NCBI GenBank assembly: GCA_013265495.1
Contig: MU058221.1
Location: 372,001 to 436,000, forward strand
Length of the DNA: 64,000 nucleotides
Source of the DNA: Vicugna vicugna
Lineage: Eukaryota
Reading direction: 5' to 3'
Positions within the stretch are counted from its first letter, which is position 1. Each line of letters begins with the position of its first letter. Below the pieces are notes generated by a model that saw only the letters and a program-made list of their open reading frames with translations, did not search any database and had not been told where the DNA came from. The position numbers and the translations under genes were made by a program. Positions 36,466 through 51,321 of the stretch are shown one piece after another.

Positions 36466-38369
36466 CAGTTGGTCTAGTTTACTTTTCACTTCGATGAGCA
36501 AAGTCTCCTGCCATTTTCCCTATTATATTTGAGACACTACTGTACAGGGTAAAACCATTGTAAAGCTATCCTCCTGCACAACAGCCTGAGAGCAAGACTG
36601 CGAAAGCTAAGTGGGTTGGCAAGCTCTGAAAGGATACCTGCAATGTTTGCTCATTTACTCTGAAAGTCTATTCTGTAGGGCACTATTTAATCAACTGACT
36701 CTGTGGTGTCTGATAAGCTAAGAGACTGAGGTCTTGTACTTTATAGCAATAATGTACAGTACATTAACCACCTGGGCCCCTGTGAGTATCACTGTGTCCT
36801 TTCCAGCAGTCAAAACAAAGTATCCTTAAGATCCCCTGAATGTGTATTTAGTATTTTTGTAAATGTGTTCTTAGAGCTTTTCCATACAGTCCCTGTGTTC
36901 CAGCAGCTCTCTGATGGACTTCGCTCTGCAGCACAGCACAACAGCACTGCTCAAACGTGGCCTCGTTCGCACGCCTGACTGCTCATTGACCTCCTTGGAA
37001 ACTGCACATTACTTACAGATAATGGGTGTGGTACATGGAATGAAGGGATCTCGTTGCAGGGGATATGTTATATTAAAATTCTGTTTGCTTCTCTCAAGAA
37101 TATGAACATCTCAAGTCAAACTGGATTTAAACTTTTGTGGAGGCATATAAACGTCCATAGAGGCATATTTCATAACTAAATTTGAGGCAGGTTCCAAAGG
37201 GGAGGAAATACTATTATCATTGGTTATCAGTCTCTAATCCTGCTGAGTTTCCTGTGAATCTGCTGAAAATGGGGATACTAAGGGCACTTCACTTACTTCT
37301 GTGAATTTCAGGCAACTCTGAAAGTGCTCCCCGATTCTCAAGGGAGAAGGAACATGCCGAAAAGACACATTCCTACTCAAGTTTTACTCAACACTGAGTG
37401 TCTTTCCCGGAAGCCACGCCCCGTCTTTTGTCCTGTAGTTCCCAATAAGGGAGATGCCAGGACACGATGAGTCAGAGAGCAGCTCGTTAACAGGGCCTTT
37501 CATTCCTACTTTGTGCATTCAGAGGCTTAGAATCCTTAATGTGTGCTCTGGTTTTCTTAAAAAAAGCATTATCTTTTGCCTAGAGTATATATTCCTTCCA
37601 ACATACTGGAGGGAGTGTAACAGGACACGTTCCTCTTAATTTCAGTGATTTATAGTGTTAGTGATTCAAAGAGGGGAGTCAGGGAAAGAACATTTTTAAA
37701 CCTTAGGAGGAAGGGCCAAATTATAGAGGGATATGTGGAGCTTCAGAAATCTGAAAATTGATTCAGATCACAGAGTTTTACATCCATAATAATTACATTT
37801 AAGATGAGAAATGAATGTGTCTGATAGTAAAATGAGACAGCAATGTCATGTGGACTCGATAAATGTGATCATGAAAGGCTTTTGAGGCTCAGTTTTGATA
37901 TAAGCTCGAAGTTCCAACATCATTACCCTTTCTTCTCAAAGGTACTAGTATTAGTCATAAGTAGTTTAATAGCCTGATCGTTCTAAAATTACAACGCACT
38001 GTCATTAGTCTTATTTATTAACTTTTCATGAACATTGTTCACATTTCAGTATGAGTTCTTTCAATTGAAGTCATAAAAAGTTGATTTTCAATTTTCTAAA
38101 TGACATTTGGTCTCTAATTTTTAGGATTAAAGGGTGATGTCTGACTACTCAGACCTTTTAAAAAGTGCCATCCTACAAATCCAAATGAGGAGTTCGATAT
38201 AATTGAGTTGCTTAATGAAGATAGACACTTGGTTTATTGGAAATAAAATTGATTAAAAAATGAAAGGCAATAGCTAAATGAATATATATAACTTAGCCTT
38301 TATTCTACGCACTGTATTTGTACGAGAGAAGAATGGACAGAGAATAAGGAAATGCAAATCAGTTTGGGT

Positions 38370-39000
38370 ACAGAGGATTTTTTCCCAAGAATTCTGATTA
38401 AAGCAGACAGAATCTCAACATATTTGTTAGGTAAAAGGGAGACTTAACTGAATCACAGACACAAGAAAGAATTTAACAGCAACACTGGGGGAAGTGCAGG
38501 GGCACCACTAGGTCTCAGGAACAACTACAACTATGACCACACATGTGGGCAGGCTCCTTTCAGTCAGTCAGGCCTTATAACCTCTGTAAGTTACCTTCAC
38601 ATCCTGACTGTTGAACCTGCTTGATTGTGCGCGTGACTTAGCTCCAAAGTTGCACTTTTTCTAGCCATCATGAAGTGCACAAATGATAACAATTCCTATG
38701 GCTCCTCTCCTCCAGAAATAGAGTCTGTCTCTCCCTGCCTTGAGTACTGGCTGGGCCTGTAACTCTCTTTGGCCAATAGAACAAAGTGGCAGCAACACTG
38801 GCTGGGTTCCACTGCTCTCAGGATCCCAGCCGGGGTAGCCACCATTATGTGCACAAGCCCGGGCTAGATCATTGGAGGATGGAAGACCTTGTGGGGGCGC
38901 TCAGGCATCTCAGACCAGCCAGTAACCCCACAACAGCCCGTCACAGGCACATGAGCCCAGGAGGAAAAGCCCCGCTGGCCCCAGAGGAGCCGAACTGCTC
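38370..39000. mobile_element. MaLR MLT1 LTR fragments
   Basis: cctccagaaatagagtctgtctctccctgccttgagtactggctgggcctgtaactctctttggccaatagaa is a typical MLT1 motif. Confidence 0.65.
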
Positions 39001-41635
39001 AGTCTCGTCACCTCGTTCCAAAACGCACATGCGCCTTGGACGGAGCTGTAAAATTAACAGCTCCTACAAGCCCAATTCCATCTCTCTCTCTTCAACCGAG
39101 AGAATTAAAATAACAATTGCCTTTTCCTAAATCTTACCTTCTTGGGTTTGAATGTCTGAAGACATAACACAAAAAGGAGACACAAGATAAGTAATGAATG
39201 TTAATCAATTTATCAAGTTACATTTTTAGTTCCATCCTACAATAAAACATTCTTACTCGTTTTTTTTAATGCAGGCTTGCTTCTTCACTAGAAAACACTG
39301 ATTATCTAAGCATTAGTTTCTGTTAATTAAAAAGTAAAACTTTCACATCACATAATTTTTTTTAAATTAGGGATGTTTGTGTGTTTTTCCATCACCATAA
39401 TAAAGACACCCAGAAACTTCTGCAAGAAGGAGAGGGGGATGGATTAAAAGAAAACTTTATTAGCATATTTCTATGCAACTGGAGGAAAGGCTAGTTTTGT
39501 CTGGGGGAAGTTCCTTTGCAGGACTGTGAAACACCAGCCTTGGGTGTGCAGGACTGGTGTGGAGGGAGGGAAAGAAAAGGCTGGGTTTCGAACAATGCTT
39601 TGGTGGAGGAGAGGACTGAGCACTCGCTCCCAGGGTTCACACTGTGGGTCACTAAGCAGAGTGAGGGTGTGTCTGAGCCAGAAATCCCACCTTCTATTTT
39701 AGAAAACGGTGGATGCTTCAGGTGAACAAAGCGAAACAAACCTCCTCTGCCTGCTGTTTTAATTCTTGCTGTTCAGCTGCCTTCGCCAATAACCTCTCTC
39801 TCAGCCACCTCGTCACCTTCAACTAGTTTACTGATTAAACAAAACCGATTTCTTTAAAAAGAGGCCCATGCTGCCTCTAACATCCTAATACCTCAAACAC
39901 ACACGAAGACCCTTCTCCCTGTGTGGTAACTACACGCCAGTGAAGAATCTCCCAAAATAAGAAAGAGAAGATGACACATCACTGGATTAGAGAAAAGGGC
40001 AAGATTTACTAAAACTAAATGAAAATAGAAACAATTTAAAATGCATTTTCATCATCATCTAGACAACTGTTAGGCGATAGGTATGCACATATTGGTTCAA
40101 TGAAAGAACAGTGACAATCTTATCTTCCCTCTACTTTGTTTTGAAGATTAAATAAGCCACAAATGTGAAAAAAATGTAAAATAATCTATTCATATTTGTT
40201 AAATACCCTCGTTAAATGTATTGACCTTGGTTTTAGAAAAATATTTAAAGGAACACATAATGATAACGGTGGAAATTAATAACTGCCCCGCTTCCATGTT
40301 CTTCAGACGCTAAGATGTGTCCGGTGGCTCCAGCACATGCTGAACACACAAGATGGTGGCCTTTTATATTGAATGGGCTGTTTGGACCGTTTCAAACTCA
40401 GGTTCTGACAAAGTTACACGGCAGCCGTTGTTTTTCTTATTTTGATCTCACTTAAAGGTGGGAGTGCGCACTATTTGTGCACTCACGGTTGTCCTGATTT
40501 TAACGTCTAAGTCCCTGGTGGGGAAACAGAACAGAACATCCACTTACGTCTTGATTGCTCTCCTACTAGGACACCTCGTCTGTGAGGTGTCCAGAGAGTT
40601 GATTAAGTTAATGAATGGAGTACTAGCTATTCTGTGAAGTTAGCTTTGACGCTATTAACTGGGAAGATTATTACATGAGCAGCCCTCTCAGCATTCAGTG
40701 AAGTTTTGAGCTAATGAGCTGGATTGATTACTTAGTGTTAACTTCTAAACATCTTTCCTGCTGCAGCTCTGGCTTCTGAATTCAAAAGAGTGCATAACAA
40801 CTGAACATACTGTTTAAGTGAAATCTACATGAATTTGCTTCCAAAACACTTACATTTTAAAAAAGACAGTAAAATTGCAAAATCCGTATCTTTCCCCTCC
40901 AAAAAAAAATTATGAAATTTTCAAGGATACACAAAGATGTGCAGTAGACAAGTCTTCCCTAAAACAAAAGAAACTGATCATTACTTGAGCCTAAATCCAC
41001 TCCCCAAACCTTGAGAACAAAACAAAAACAAAGCTTATCAGCACACGCAACAGTCTCAATGTCAGATTTACTTCGTGATCCCTTCTCAGAAACTTGGAAA
41101 AGGAAATAAAAAGCAGCAAGAAGGCCAGCAGCAGGAAGCTGTGAGCAACGGGCACGAGAGCCGTCCTCCTCTCAAGCTCACTTTCAGTTTCTCCATAGGG
41201 CAGCCTGTTTCTCGTTTCCAGATGAATTTCTATCGTACACATTCGGTCTTAAGTCGTTAATCGTGCCTGTAACTTGCTTTACGTGAGAGCGCACCTCTTG
41301 TCCAATCCGAATGTGACCTGTTCAGCGTTTGAAGATATACCCACTTTGCGCTCCTCCCAAATAACCAATTCACATACTACAGTGAGTGTCCAGCAAAACC
41401 TGGAATTTGTTTAAAAATGTAGAGGTAAAATGAGATGGAATTCACACATAAGGGAGGTGAGTGAGTTTCTTGCAGTCGTGTATTTTTTTTTTCTCCCAAA
41501 CAACTCTGACTTTATTCAGTTTAATATTGTATAATTCAGGGAAGGCGTGGAGTTGAAATTTACTTTGGGACCTTTCTCAGAAAAGGCTGAGCTGAGCAAA
41601 CAAGTAAACAAGGTGAAAGGGGAATGTTTACAGGT

Positions 41636-42062
41636 TTTTTTTTTAAACATTTTTTATTGAGTTATAGTCAGTTTACAATGTTGTGTCAAATTCCAGTGTA
41701 GAGCACAGTTTTTCAGTTATACATGAACATACATATATTCATTGTCACATTCCTTTCTCTGTGAGCTACTGTAAGATCTTGTGTATATTTCCCTGTGCTA
41801 CACAGTATAATCTTGTTTATCTGTTCTACAATTTTGAAATCCTGTCTATCCCTTCCCACCCCCTGCCCCCTTGGCAACCACAAGTCTGTATTCTATGTCT
41901 ATGAGTCTATTTCTGTTTTGTATTTACACTTTGGTTTTTTTGTTTGTTTGTTTGTTTTTGTTTTTGTTTTTGTTTTTTAGATTCCACATATGAGCGATCT
42001 CATATGGCATTTTTCTTTCTCTTTCTGGTTTACTTCACTTAGAATGACAATCTCCAGGAGCA
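41636..42062 (-). mobile_element. Young L1 3' end
   Basis: Poly-T, tattgagttatagtcagtttacaatgttgtgtcaa...tagattccacatatgagcgatc. Confidence 0.9.
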
Positions 42063-42493
42063 TCTTTTTAAAGCAGAATTGGATATCACAGGGGAAAAGT
42101 TTAGAACCAAATGACAAAGAAGGCAGAACACCTCAGAAGGACACACACACACTTGACAGAATGAGGTGAGTGGCCCGATTCTGACAGAGTTTAAGTAGAA
42201 CTTCTTGGGGGACTGGCTGATCTCATGAAAAGAAGTGTGGTGATGTGTGTTTACTTACAAAAACAGGAGAAGCCATGTAGAAAACACAATTTTAAAAATT
42301 CTGGTTGAATATATTTTAAAACAGCGTGGCAGAGCGATTCATAAATCTTTAATAAAATGTGTTCCGACCTAGGTTAGTGCCTGGCTCTGTGCCGTGGAGC
42401 AGACACTACTGAGGAGTAATTATAGCAAAGTAAATTTGCCATTATAGTTCATTTATTTATGTGTTCGTTCATTTACATGGAAATTATTTATCA

Positions 42494-43290
42494 CAGGGGC
42501 TGGCAAACTTTTTTTGGTGAAAAGCCAGTAGCAGTATTTTAGGCTTTCAACCTGTAGTCTCTGCCTTAAGGAGCTGACTCTATCGCTAGAGCACGAAGGT
42601 ACATAGTGTGGGCGAGAAGTACTGCAAGCCACAAACCACATCAGTAAACAACGCAGAAGCCATCAGGCCATCAGCGGCTGCCCCACCCCCCAGTGAGGAC
42701 CAGCCTGCAGCCTGGCCTCTGCAGCCACTCACAGTGGTGCTCCTTGAGGGGACTCAGAACAAGAAAGGATGGGACACTGGCCCTAGACAGCTCGGTGCTT
42801 GTCAAAGGAATGAATTCGATGAGCCCAAACGTTTGCTCCCTCCCATACATAGAAAAGCGCTAAATTCTTTAACTTGAGATGCCTGGTTTTCTATAGTTAA
42901 CAAGTAACCTTTTATTGTTCCAACTCCCTGGTCTGTGTTGTGAAGCTCCTGTACATCCTGGCTCCTCCCCTGCCTCTTCGGAGCAGCCCCTCAGAGCGAC
43001 CTGAGAGGCTGTCATCCCGGCTCGCGTCCTCAGAATTGTCCACGGAATAAAACATAACTCGGTTTTTAGGTTGTGCGTTGATTTCAGTTGCCAGTAGGCT
43101 TTGACAAAATGTAAATGAGCGAATGTGGCTCTGTTTCAATAAACATAAATTTATGAACACTGAAATCTGAATTTGATACGATTTTCAAGTGTCACAAAAT
43201 ATTTATATACTTTTGTTTTCTCAACAATTAAAAAAAGTGAAAAAAAAGACTATTTAGGCAGTGGTCCGTGTACTAAAAGCTAGGCTTTGC
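42494..43290. mobile_element. MER58-like hAT element interrupted by an LTR
   Basis: caggggctggcaaacttttt...[LTR]...atgtaaatgagcgaatgtggctctgtttcaataaac...tttatgaacactgaaatctgaattt. Confidence 0.75.
42607..43093 (+). mobile_element. ERV1-type solo LTR
   Basis: TG...CA termini, aataaa near 43046, flanks atag / gtag (degenerate 4-bp TSD). Confidence 0.8.
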
Positions 43291-43829
43291 CGTCGGTGCT
43301 CGGCACCTGAAGAGTGAAACAAGAGCGTTTTACTCAAGGAGCTTGTCCAGAACTGGCAGAAGGAGGCAAGCCCTATTCCTCTTCCCTGTGTTTTAGGTGA
43401 CGGAACCCGAATCACAAAGCAGAGGGAGAAAGGTGCCCCAGCCAGAGGGCGTCACGGCTGCCTTGTGCGGATCCAGGCCTCTGCTCCAGAGCAAAGCTCT
43501 CGGTGGAATCCAGACAAAGAGCTGGACTTGCACAACCCGGGGACTTAGAAGTCAGACGTGAACCTCCAGGTGGGAGCTCTGAAGTCACCGCTCAGGTCAT
43601 TTAGAGCAAACATGCTCTGGCAGAATAAATGCCCAGCGACCTTGTAGCGAAGACCTTAAGCAACACTCGAGAGCCGGCGACCCTGGCCCTGGTTGTACGG
43701 CGGTTATGCTGCAACGGCCAACTTTGGGGACTTTGTACAGGAGGTGAGGTTCACGGGGCGTCTCATCATAAACAGGTTTTGTTTGCTTTTGTGGACAAGT
43801 GAAAAAGCCTTCTCTCCATTTCTGAGTCT

Positions 43830-44220
43830 CACCAAACCTCTTCCACTTCAGGGCCTCTGTCCTCGCCTCTCCCTTTGCCTGCGGTATTTTTCTTCCAAGT
43901 TTTTGCAGTGAAATTATACCAACCTCACGAGTCACAGTTTAAATGTCATGTTTCTAGAGGGGATTTCTCTAATCACCTTGCTTACAATGCCATCCCGCCC
44001 CTATCCACACGTGTCAGCCGTTTCCTGGTTCAGTTCTCTACTTCTTTTCTTCACAGCATTATCCAAATGTTGACTAGCCCTGGTTGTGCGTCTCTGTTCC
44101 TGTACTGTTTTCCCCCCAGTGCAAGCTCCATGCTGTGTTCCGTGCTCCAGGGCTTTCCTGACTGGCGTCCTGAACTAGGGTTTTTCAATAAATATGTGCT
44201 AAAAGAATGCATGAATTTAT
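43830..44220 (+). mobile_element. L2 3' end
   Basis: ccacttcagggcctctg...cagtttaaatgtca...ttcaataaatatgtgctaaaagaatgcatgaat. Confidence 0.65.
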
Positions 44221-45059
44221 GAGAACCATTTGTGAAAGAATTCGGTTTTATTTGGAAGAGGTTTTCTTTGTCCTTTTCTACTGCCCCCCCATTCATTCTC
44301 AGCTGAGAATTTAAGGAAGGGGTCTAGGATAGCACACAAACATTTTCTATCTGCAAAAAGGTGCGTGCCTGGAATTGTGCTGAGAGCTAAAGCCACAAGG
44401 GTGACTAAAGGTGTCCACGAACTTAAGAAACAGGAACAACTTCGAGAGTAAGGAACCCACAGCCTCATATGGAGGACAAATCTGGGCAGATTTACGATGT
44501 AACGTCACTCACATTAAAAAGCAGTACTAGAGGTGCGTGAAAAATGACGAGGAAGGAAAAAAGGAGTGAGACCCTCATCAGGTGGTTTCTGATCCAAATG
44601 CGGATGCTGCTGAAGTCACCAAGAGGAAGTCTGCTGCCCCCTGGGGCTTCTGTGCTATCAGCGCTGCCCGTGTTGCCTTGGCGGAGGGCTCCCTGAGTGC
44701 CCACTGCCCAGCTGGCGTGTATCAGAAAGCTACTTAAAAACAGATCCTAACTGTCTGTCCAGCTCACCCCGACTCACCTTCCACACCCTCAGTCTCCTGA
44801 GACTTTGTTCCCTCATCTCTGCCCAGCACTGCCCGAGCCTCCAGCAAACGCGGCCCCAAAGCCACAAGAACCAGCAGAGACTCACCGTACCTCTGGGGGT
44901 GGAGGGAAGACGGCGCCTACTCCTGCTTCCTCTCAGCGGCTGGGGGACCACCAGGCCGCGCCTGCCTTGATGGCGCCAAACCATGGGGTGTCCTGTCCTC
45001 CCTTTGCACTTGCCTCCCTTCTCTGGATTTCTTCAACCCCACACACTGCCCTTGAAAGC

Positions 45060-45240
45060 GAGGGTTCTCAGGTCTGGCTGCAACTTCAATACGTCCATGG
45101 TGGTTTTTAAATACGTCTATGTTTTCCTAGTCCAGGTCAATGAAATCAGAATTTCTAGGGTGTGGCCCAGGCCACACTATTAAAAAAAACAAAAAACCTC
45201 AGATGATTCCAATCCGCAGCTACAGCTGCGAACACAGCTT
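45060..45240. mobile_element. MER5-family element
   Basis: agggttctcaggtctggctgca...aaatcagaatttctagggtgtggcccaggc...gatgattccaat. Confidence 0.7.
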
Positions 45241-46199
45241 CTTGTTAAATTTAGATGCTTTCCTTTAAAGACGTAGACTTGGCAGGGAGTCCAAGTATGA
45301 TTTACCTAACTTCCCACGCCTGCCTGGAGACCGCCTGGCTCAAAACAAAACCAATTACTTCCCACCCAGAAGTTACCAAACATGTGCACGTGTGTGGGAT
45401 TTTTTTTCACTCTTTTATTAAATTTTCCTTTTTCTTAAGTTCAATTCATTACTGCTAATTGTTCTGTCTTATCAATCTGAGCCTCTTAACTTGGCTCTAT
45501 TTATATTCAAGTCGGTGATTATTCTGTCATCTTTTCAGCTGTCATCAGTTGGCTAAGTGTATATATCCTACTCTTCTGTCTAAAGTTAGGTGTGATTCAG
45601 TCGGGTAAGTTTAACAGCTATCATTATACACATGTTTTTTAAATAGCTACTTGTAGGTGAATTTACCTCACCTTGATGGCAAGGTGCCCGTCAGTGTTCA
45701 GTCCCTGGAGAACCCCTTTGGCTAAACATTTTCACAATCTATTTCTTTTATTTTTTTTAAAGTAATTTAATTTACTGGGTGGTAGTAATAGCCCATTCCA
45801 CTTTGCACTATGGGGGAGAAAAGATATTTTTATCTACTTAAAAGCTAATAAAGTCTCCCACTGTTGAAAAATACTCACACCTCTCACTTATTTCCATCAA
45901 GCGATAAATTTAAAAGAAAAGAGGAAGAATTAAAACCCAAAAGGGTTAGCAAGTGAGCAATAATGACTTGGGGGGAAAAGAAAAAAATGTAGGGAAGGAT
46001 CATTAAATTCATCTTTGCCTTAAAACAGCGTGATACTCAAATACACAGGAAGCTGTAAAGGGTGTCCTCTGCCCCTGGAAGCAGTGAGAGTTGACATACA
46101 ATTGATGAAATTTACAATCTGTGGTTGTAAATCAGAGGAGGAAATGGTCCACATGTGTGAGACCACAGACCCCAGCTTGAATGAGCTGTTCTTCCATCG

Positions 46200-46945
46200 G
46201 CCACCCCCAGCTCCCAGCCCAGCTGCCACCCATCCCGGAGATCCCATGGCGTGTTCTCTTGTCTTACTGTCATGTTCCACCACAGGCCACCATGTCCGCA
46301 TGCTTATCACCTCCCGGCATTCTGGAGTATTAACTTTACAGACTACGTCAGTAAGTCCCTACTTTAAACGATGCTAATTTGAGAGGTTGAATTGTTCGAC
46401 ACACTTCAGCAGCGCTGGGTAAATCCATTATGCTGTGCTTCATTGTCTTCCCTGGCCAACACCCCAAATTTAACCTCTCCTGGGTATCTAAACCATCTCT
46501 ACACCAAGCCTGTAATCTTCTGTTTCTTTTTTCCTACCTAAATAATTTTCTACATTGCCTTAAAAAAAAAAAAAGCCACCCTGTCTCCTTGAATTCTGGT
46601 TCTATCGTTAACTGCACTTCATCCCAAAGCACTTCAGTTAATTGCATGTGGCGCCTCTGCCGTTTATTGTGACCGGCATCACTTCTACTCCTGACTGTCT
46701 AAGTAGGTCACTTCTAATCTACTGCTGTGTTCTAGTTTTGTCTGTTTCTCCTAGCGTCTGATCTTCGGGTGCGTGACCCTAGTCAAGGTGTTTATTTTAG
46801 ATCCCTAATTTCCCACTGCTCTTAACAGCTGGATTTGGAAGCTCTCATTTCTGAACGGTATCTTAATATAGACAAACCACAGCAATTACTAAGACTGGCG
46901 CTCACTGAATACTGTGGAGAATGCTCAATGGAATGACTGACCGAA
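46200..46945 (+). mobile_element. Degraded L2
   Basis: ccccaaatttaacctctcc...ctcactgaatactgtggagaatgctcaatggaatgactga. Confidence 0.45.
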
Positions 46946-49634
46946 TTGTGGTTTACCGGTTTAGTATTATCAATCATAATACTTATTGATAATACTAAGT
47001 TACAAATAAGCTTATTTCTAGCATATTAATATGTTATTGTATATTACTTTATTATTTCATGGTGAACTTAGACCCTCAGAAAAGTTCTAGTTGCATGGAA
47101 TGGAGTCTAGCATTGGGAGTTTGAGAGAGAAAGGACTCGCAATGTTATTGGATACATTTAATTTTATATGGCTTCTATACAGCAACCTAAAATGCCATTT
47201 TTTCAGGATGGCAAGTAATTTATATTTAACTGACTACAGACATGAAAAGGCCCGATTACCTTTTTTTAGCTAAAAATGTAGTCAAATCTCATTGATTTGG
47301 ACTAAGAGGTTGATTCAAATTCAGTGAGAATTATAAATTATACAGCATTAAAAAATGTAGTTAACTTCACTGAGTAAAATAGGAAATTTGTGTTTAAGTA
47401 ACCTAAGGTCAACAAGGTACTAGTTATGTAGACAATATACTTTCCCACCTCTGTCTAACCCTTGCCGGGTGGTGTCTCTGGGCCACTAGCCTGTAAGTGC
47501 CTGATGTGAATCAGCCCATTCACTGCTCTGTGGTTTGGGTGACAGTAGGGTTCTCACGTAGAGGACACTGAAGCTGAGGCACGTGGCTAAAGGACTTGTC
47601 CGGGTCACTGGAGCAGGCACATGTCTTCAGGAAAAAAAACGCTGTAACATCTGTAACAAAAAGCCATAAATTGTGCAAGTGAACCATTCAAGGGACCACA
47701 AAGGTGGTGGCGTTCTGCACCCACTCCACACGTCCCGTTTCCTTCTTTCCTCATCTTCCTCTTGCCTCCTGCCTTTTCTCTTTCTTCCTTTTTGTTTCTC
47801 TTCTCCCTTTATTCTTGTAAGCCTCTGCACTTTAACTCTTTCCTGTTTTTGCAAAACTTAGGTCCGCCTCGGACACCTAAATGTTAAAACAAGCTAGGTT
47901 CATTTTTCAGTCAGAATGGCACTTAACTCATCAGGAACAGAAAGACTGTGTGAAATATTGATTAAGCCTCATCCTAGGATCCAATGAAACATTAACCATA
48001 AAATCACTTAAACTTTAGTCTTCCAAGTGCTAGTGTCTTGAAGCAACAATAGAGCCAATTTCATAAGGAGCTTGTGATATGTAATTAGTTGACTCTTAAA
48101 ACCTCTACTTCAAAAACGCAGAAAAAGCAGGTGTTAATATTTATGCATATGATATAGAGAGATGAAGCTTTTTAAAAAGGTATAGTTTACTTATGTAAGG
48201 GCTTTGGTCTGAAAATATGAAACTCTGATATTTAAAAGTAGTAATTCCTCTGAAAATACTTTTAAAAAGTGAGTAAATGGATTCATTCTCTAAGGAATTA
48301 TGACAGTAAGAAAAAAAGTGTAGTTGTCATTTCACACGCGACAGTGCTAAGGACGGTAGCCTAGTCCATCCATTTTTCACAGCAAATGTGTGCAGTACTT
48401 ACATCAAAAACCATGTCAGCTTGACGCTGTGATAAATGGGTGTCTCGGCAGATGACTGAAATAAGATTTTATCTTAGAGGAAATACTGGCTTTTCATTAA
48501 GTCAACTGAGAATTGATAACACGCAAAAGAATTGATGTTTTTTAAAAAAGAGATCGAAATACTCTTTCTAAAGATATTCAAGTTACCTTTTGCCAGGGAA
48601 GTAATTATCTTCAGTTTCTATGACTAATTGAGAACAATGCAACACGTACTGGTCCTAAACATGCATGTAGAAAGAGCTAAGACTGGATGTTTATGCCTAT
48701 AAATCCTACTGCAAATGCTCTTCTACTTTGTCTTCTTATGGGAAAATAAATCCTCAAAAATAAGAAAACAAAGCGCTCTTTTTCTCATGGCGCTTTTCTC
48801 TGAAAACATCCCACTCACAGGGTGAAAACAAAGGCATTCTCTTGGCATTTCAGAAATTTAGCTCAAATCAGGTTGAATTCCTCCTGCCTAAAACTCTTCA
48901 GGATAATTGAAGAACTGGGAGAGATTAATTGCCTTGTTCATTCTTTGCAGGGAACAGAATGTGCTGGGGGCACAGCATTCACACGAAACTGACACCAAGG
49001 AACATCTTTTGATGTGCAGGTCTCCTAATTAGTGTTGCGAAGAGGTCTGAACGGCGACATGAAATGAAGCACCCAGGGCACTTCTTAAGAAATGACTCAT
49101 GTTTCTTTGAGGGGTTGCTCTTAATCACCAACTAGTTCCAGGAACAGTGAGACTATAAAGTGTGTATGTCACTTCATCACCAGTCAAAGAGGCAGGTGAC
49201 GGTCAATAACCATGCCACAGGACTTGAGGGGTCCTTCTGCTGCCTTGGCTTCATAAACTGTCGCTGCTCATTAAGGAGCCCCTCTTCATTTAGACTCAAT
49301 CTACCCTGAAACAAACAAGCAAACAAACAAAAGAAGTTTTCTCAAATGATTCTACCGTGTTTTGCTCATTCCCAATCAGATATAGAGACAGAAAAATGTA
49401 AAATGAGATGATTAATTTGGAAGATGTTTAAGGTCCACTTTGACTTTATTCTGTGTTTTCTGTGACAATGAAAAAGTTTTCCGTTGGGAGTAATTCACAG
49501 TGACAATGTAACTGAAGCTGTGAAATGAATGAGATGAGTGGGATTTGAGATGTCCCTTAAAAGAAGCTCATTTGTTACTGAAAAAAACACTAAAAAGGTT
49601 GTTAAGGTGCTGTGCCCCATGCCTTTAACATCTT

Positions 49635-49780
49635 GCTCCTAGCGTAGTTCCCCCGACCCGGGGAGCTTGTCAGAAATGCAAATCTCAGGTCTCACCCCAG
49701 ACTTAGTGAAGCTGAGCCCACATTTGAGCAAGGCTTCTGGATGTTCCACGTGCACATGCGGGTGCGTGAAGCACCGTGTT
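49635..49780. mobile_element. MER5A fragment
   Basis: cccggggagcttgtcagaaatgcaaatctcaggtctcaccccagac. Confidence 0.7.
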
Positions 49781-49824
49781 AGCCATCAGTTGTTTCACGG
49801 TAATCATCTATCAGAATGGCGACA

Positions 49825-49859
<35 letters not shown>

Positions 49860-49944
49860 TGTTGGGTGAACCCAATGTTTCCATTATGCCCAGATCAAAA
49901 ATATATTAAGAGAAAAATTCATCTTTTTGGTCTTAGATTTCAGA

Positions 49945-50125
49945 GACCTGGTCTTCTAGACCGGCTGCAGCTGCATGACCTGAGAACTTGTTAGAATTGC
50001 AAATAATGGTACCCCTCACAGACCTACTGAGTCAAGACCGTGGGTCTGGGGCCCGGGAACCTCTGTCTGAACAGCCTTACATGTGACTCTGAGGCACAGT
50101 GTAACCTGTAGAGTGGGAGCCAGAG
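49945..50125. mobile_element. MER5A fragment
   Basis: cctgagaacttgttagaattgcaaat...cagacctactgagtcaaga...ggggcccgggaacctctgtctgaacagcc. Confidence 0.7.
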
Positions 50126-51225
50126 AGTCGCCCGACAGGTAACAGGCTGAAAAGCAGCTAACTGGAGTTACCAAGTGAAAAGAAAACAGCAGTTCCAGAA
50201 AGGGCCTTCGAAGGAAAATGAACACATTTCCCAAATCCTGCTATGTTTTAAAGGACCAGTGACATAATACGTGTGGAATGGACTGTGGTGGTTATATTTC
50301 CTTCGACTCCATCCATCGTTGTCCTTTAAAACTCGTAAAACACCGGCTCCTTCGGGGAACCCCGTTCCCCCAGAGAGCACTGTTTTGCTGTTCTGAACTC
50401 CCACCCCCGTTATCTGCACAGGGGACCCTAGGGGCTGCTTCAGATGTAGAACTTCCCAAGGGTAGAGATTTGGCCACGTCTGTGCAGCCCACAAGGGGCT
50501 GGCAGTGTATGTGCGTACAGTTGGTGTCTATCTGTGCTTATTTATTTATTTGTTACTGTTTTGTTTTGAGATGAAAAGACCTATTCACTTTCCTGGTTTG
50601 GGGATCATCCTAATTGTATTTAAAGATGAATAACTGCATGCAAAGTACACTGAGGCCCCTGGCTAAACGCAAGCTGTGTTAAGAATGTCTCCTTTCATAT
50701 GCTAAGCACTAAAATCTCTACCAACAAAGTCACAGAAGGTCTTCTAGCCCCCAGTGGTACAATCGAAGCATTTGACATAACATAAAATATGTCCCCATTT
50801 TCATCCATTTAAATCTCTAATTGTTTCTGTGTCCCTCGGAGAGCTTTTCTAGGTTAAGCAAGCACTCGCACTGTGCACGTGTTCCGAGAGTCCGCGTTAG
50901 CTTCACCTCTAATCCTCAAAAACAGGATGCTAGCAAACGCTCACTCACCCAACAGCTAGAAAAGATCCAGAGAAAAAACTGACCCTTGTCAAGGACAAAC
51001 CCATCCTGTTATTGGATTTCTTGTCAACAACTGTGTTCTTAGCTCCCTAATAGTTTCCCTTTTCTCAGGTTTAATCCTGGAAAACAAAACGAACAAAAAT
51101 TAACCACAAGAATAACAAAATAAGGGACACAGAATTGTTGAAAATACAGTGATGTGATCACAAATATCTAACTCACTTTTGACTCAAAGAAATAATTAAG
51201 GGACAAAAGATTGTGGGGAAGGGGC

Positions 51226-51321
51226 GTGTGTGTGTGCGCGTGTGTCTGCGTGTGTCCGTGAGTGTATGTGTATGTCTGTGCATGTGTCTGTGTGTGTGTG
51301 CATGTGTGCATGCGTGTGTGT
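51226..51321. repeat. Imperfect (TG)n microsatellite
   Basis: Seen directly in the sequence. Confidence 0.9.
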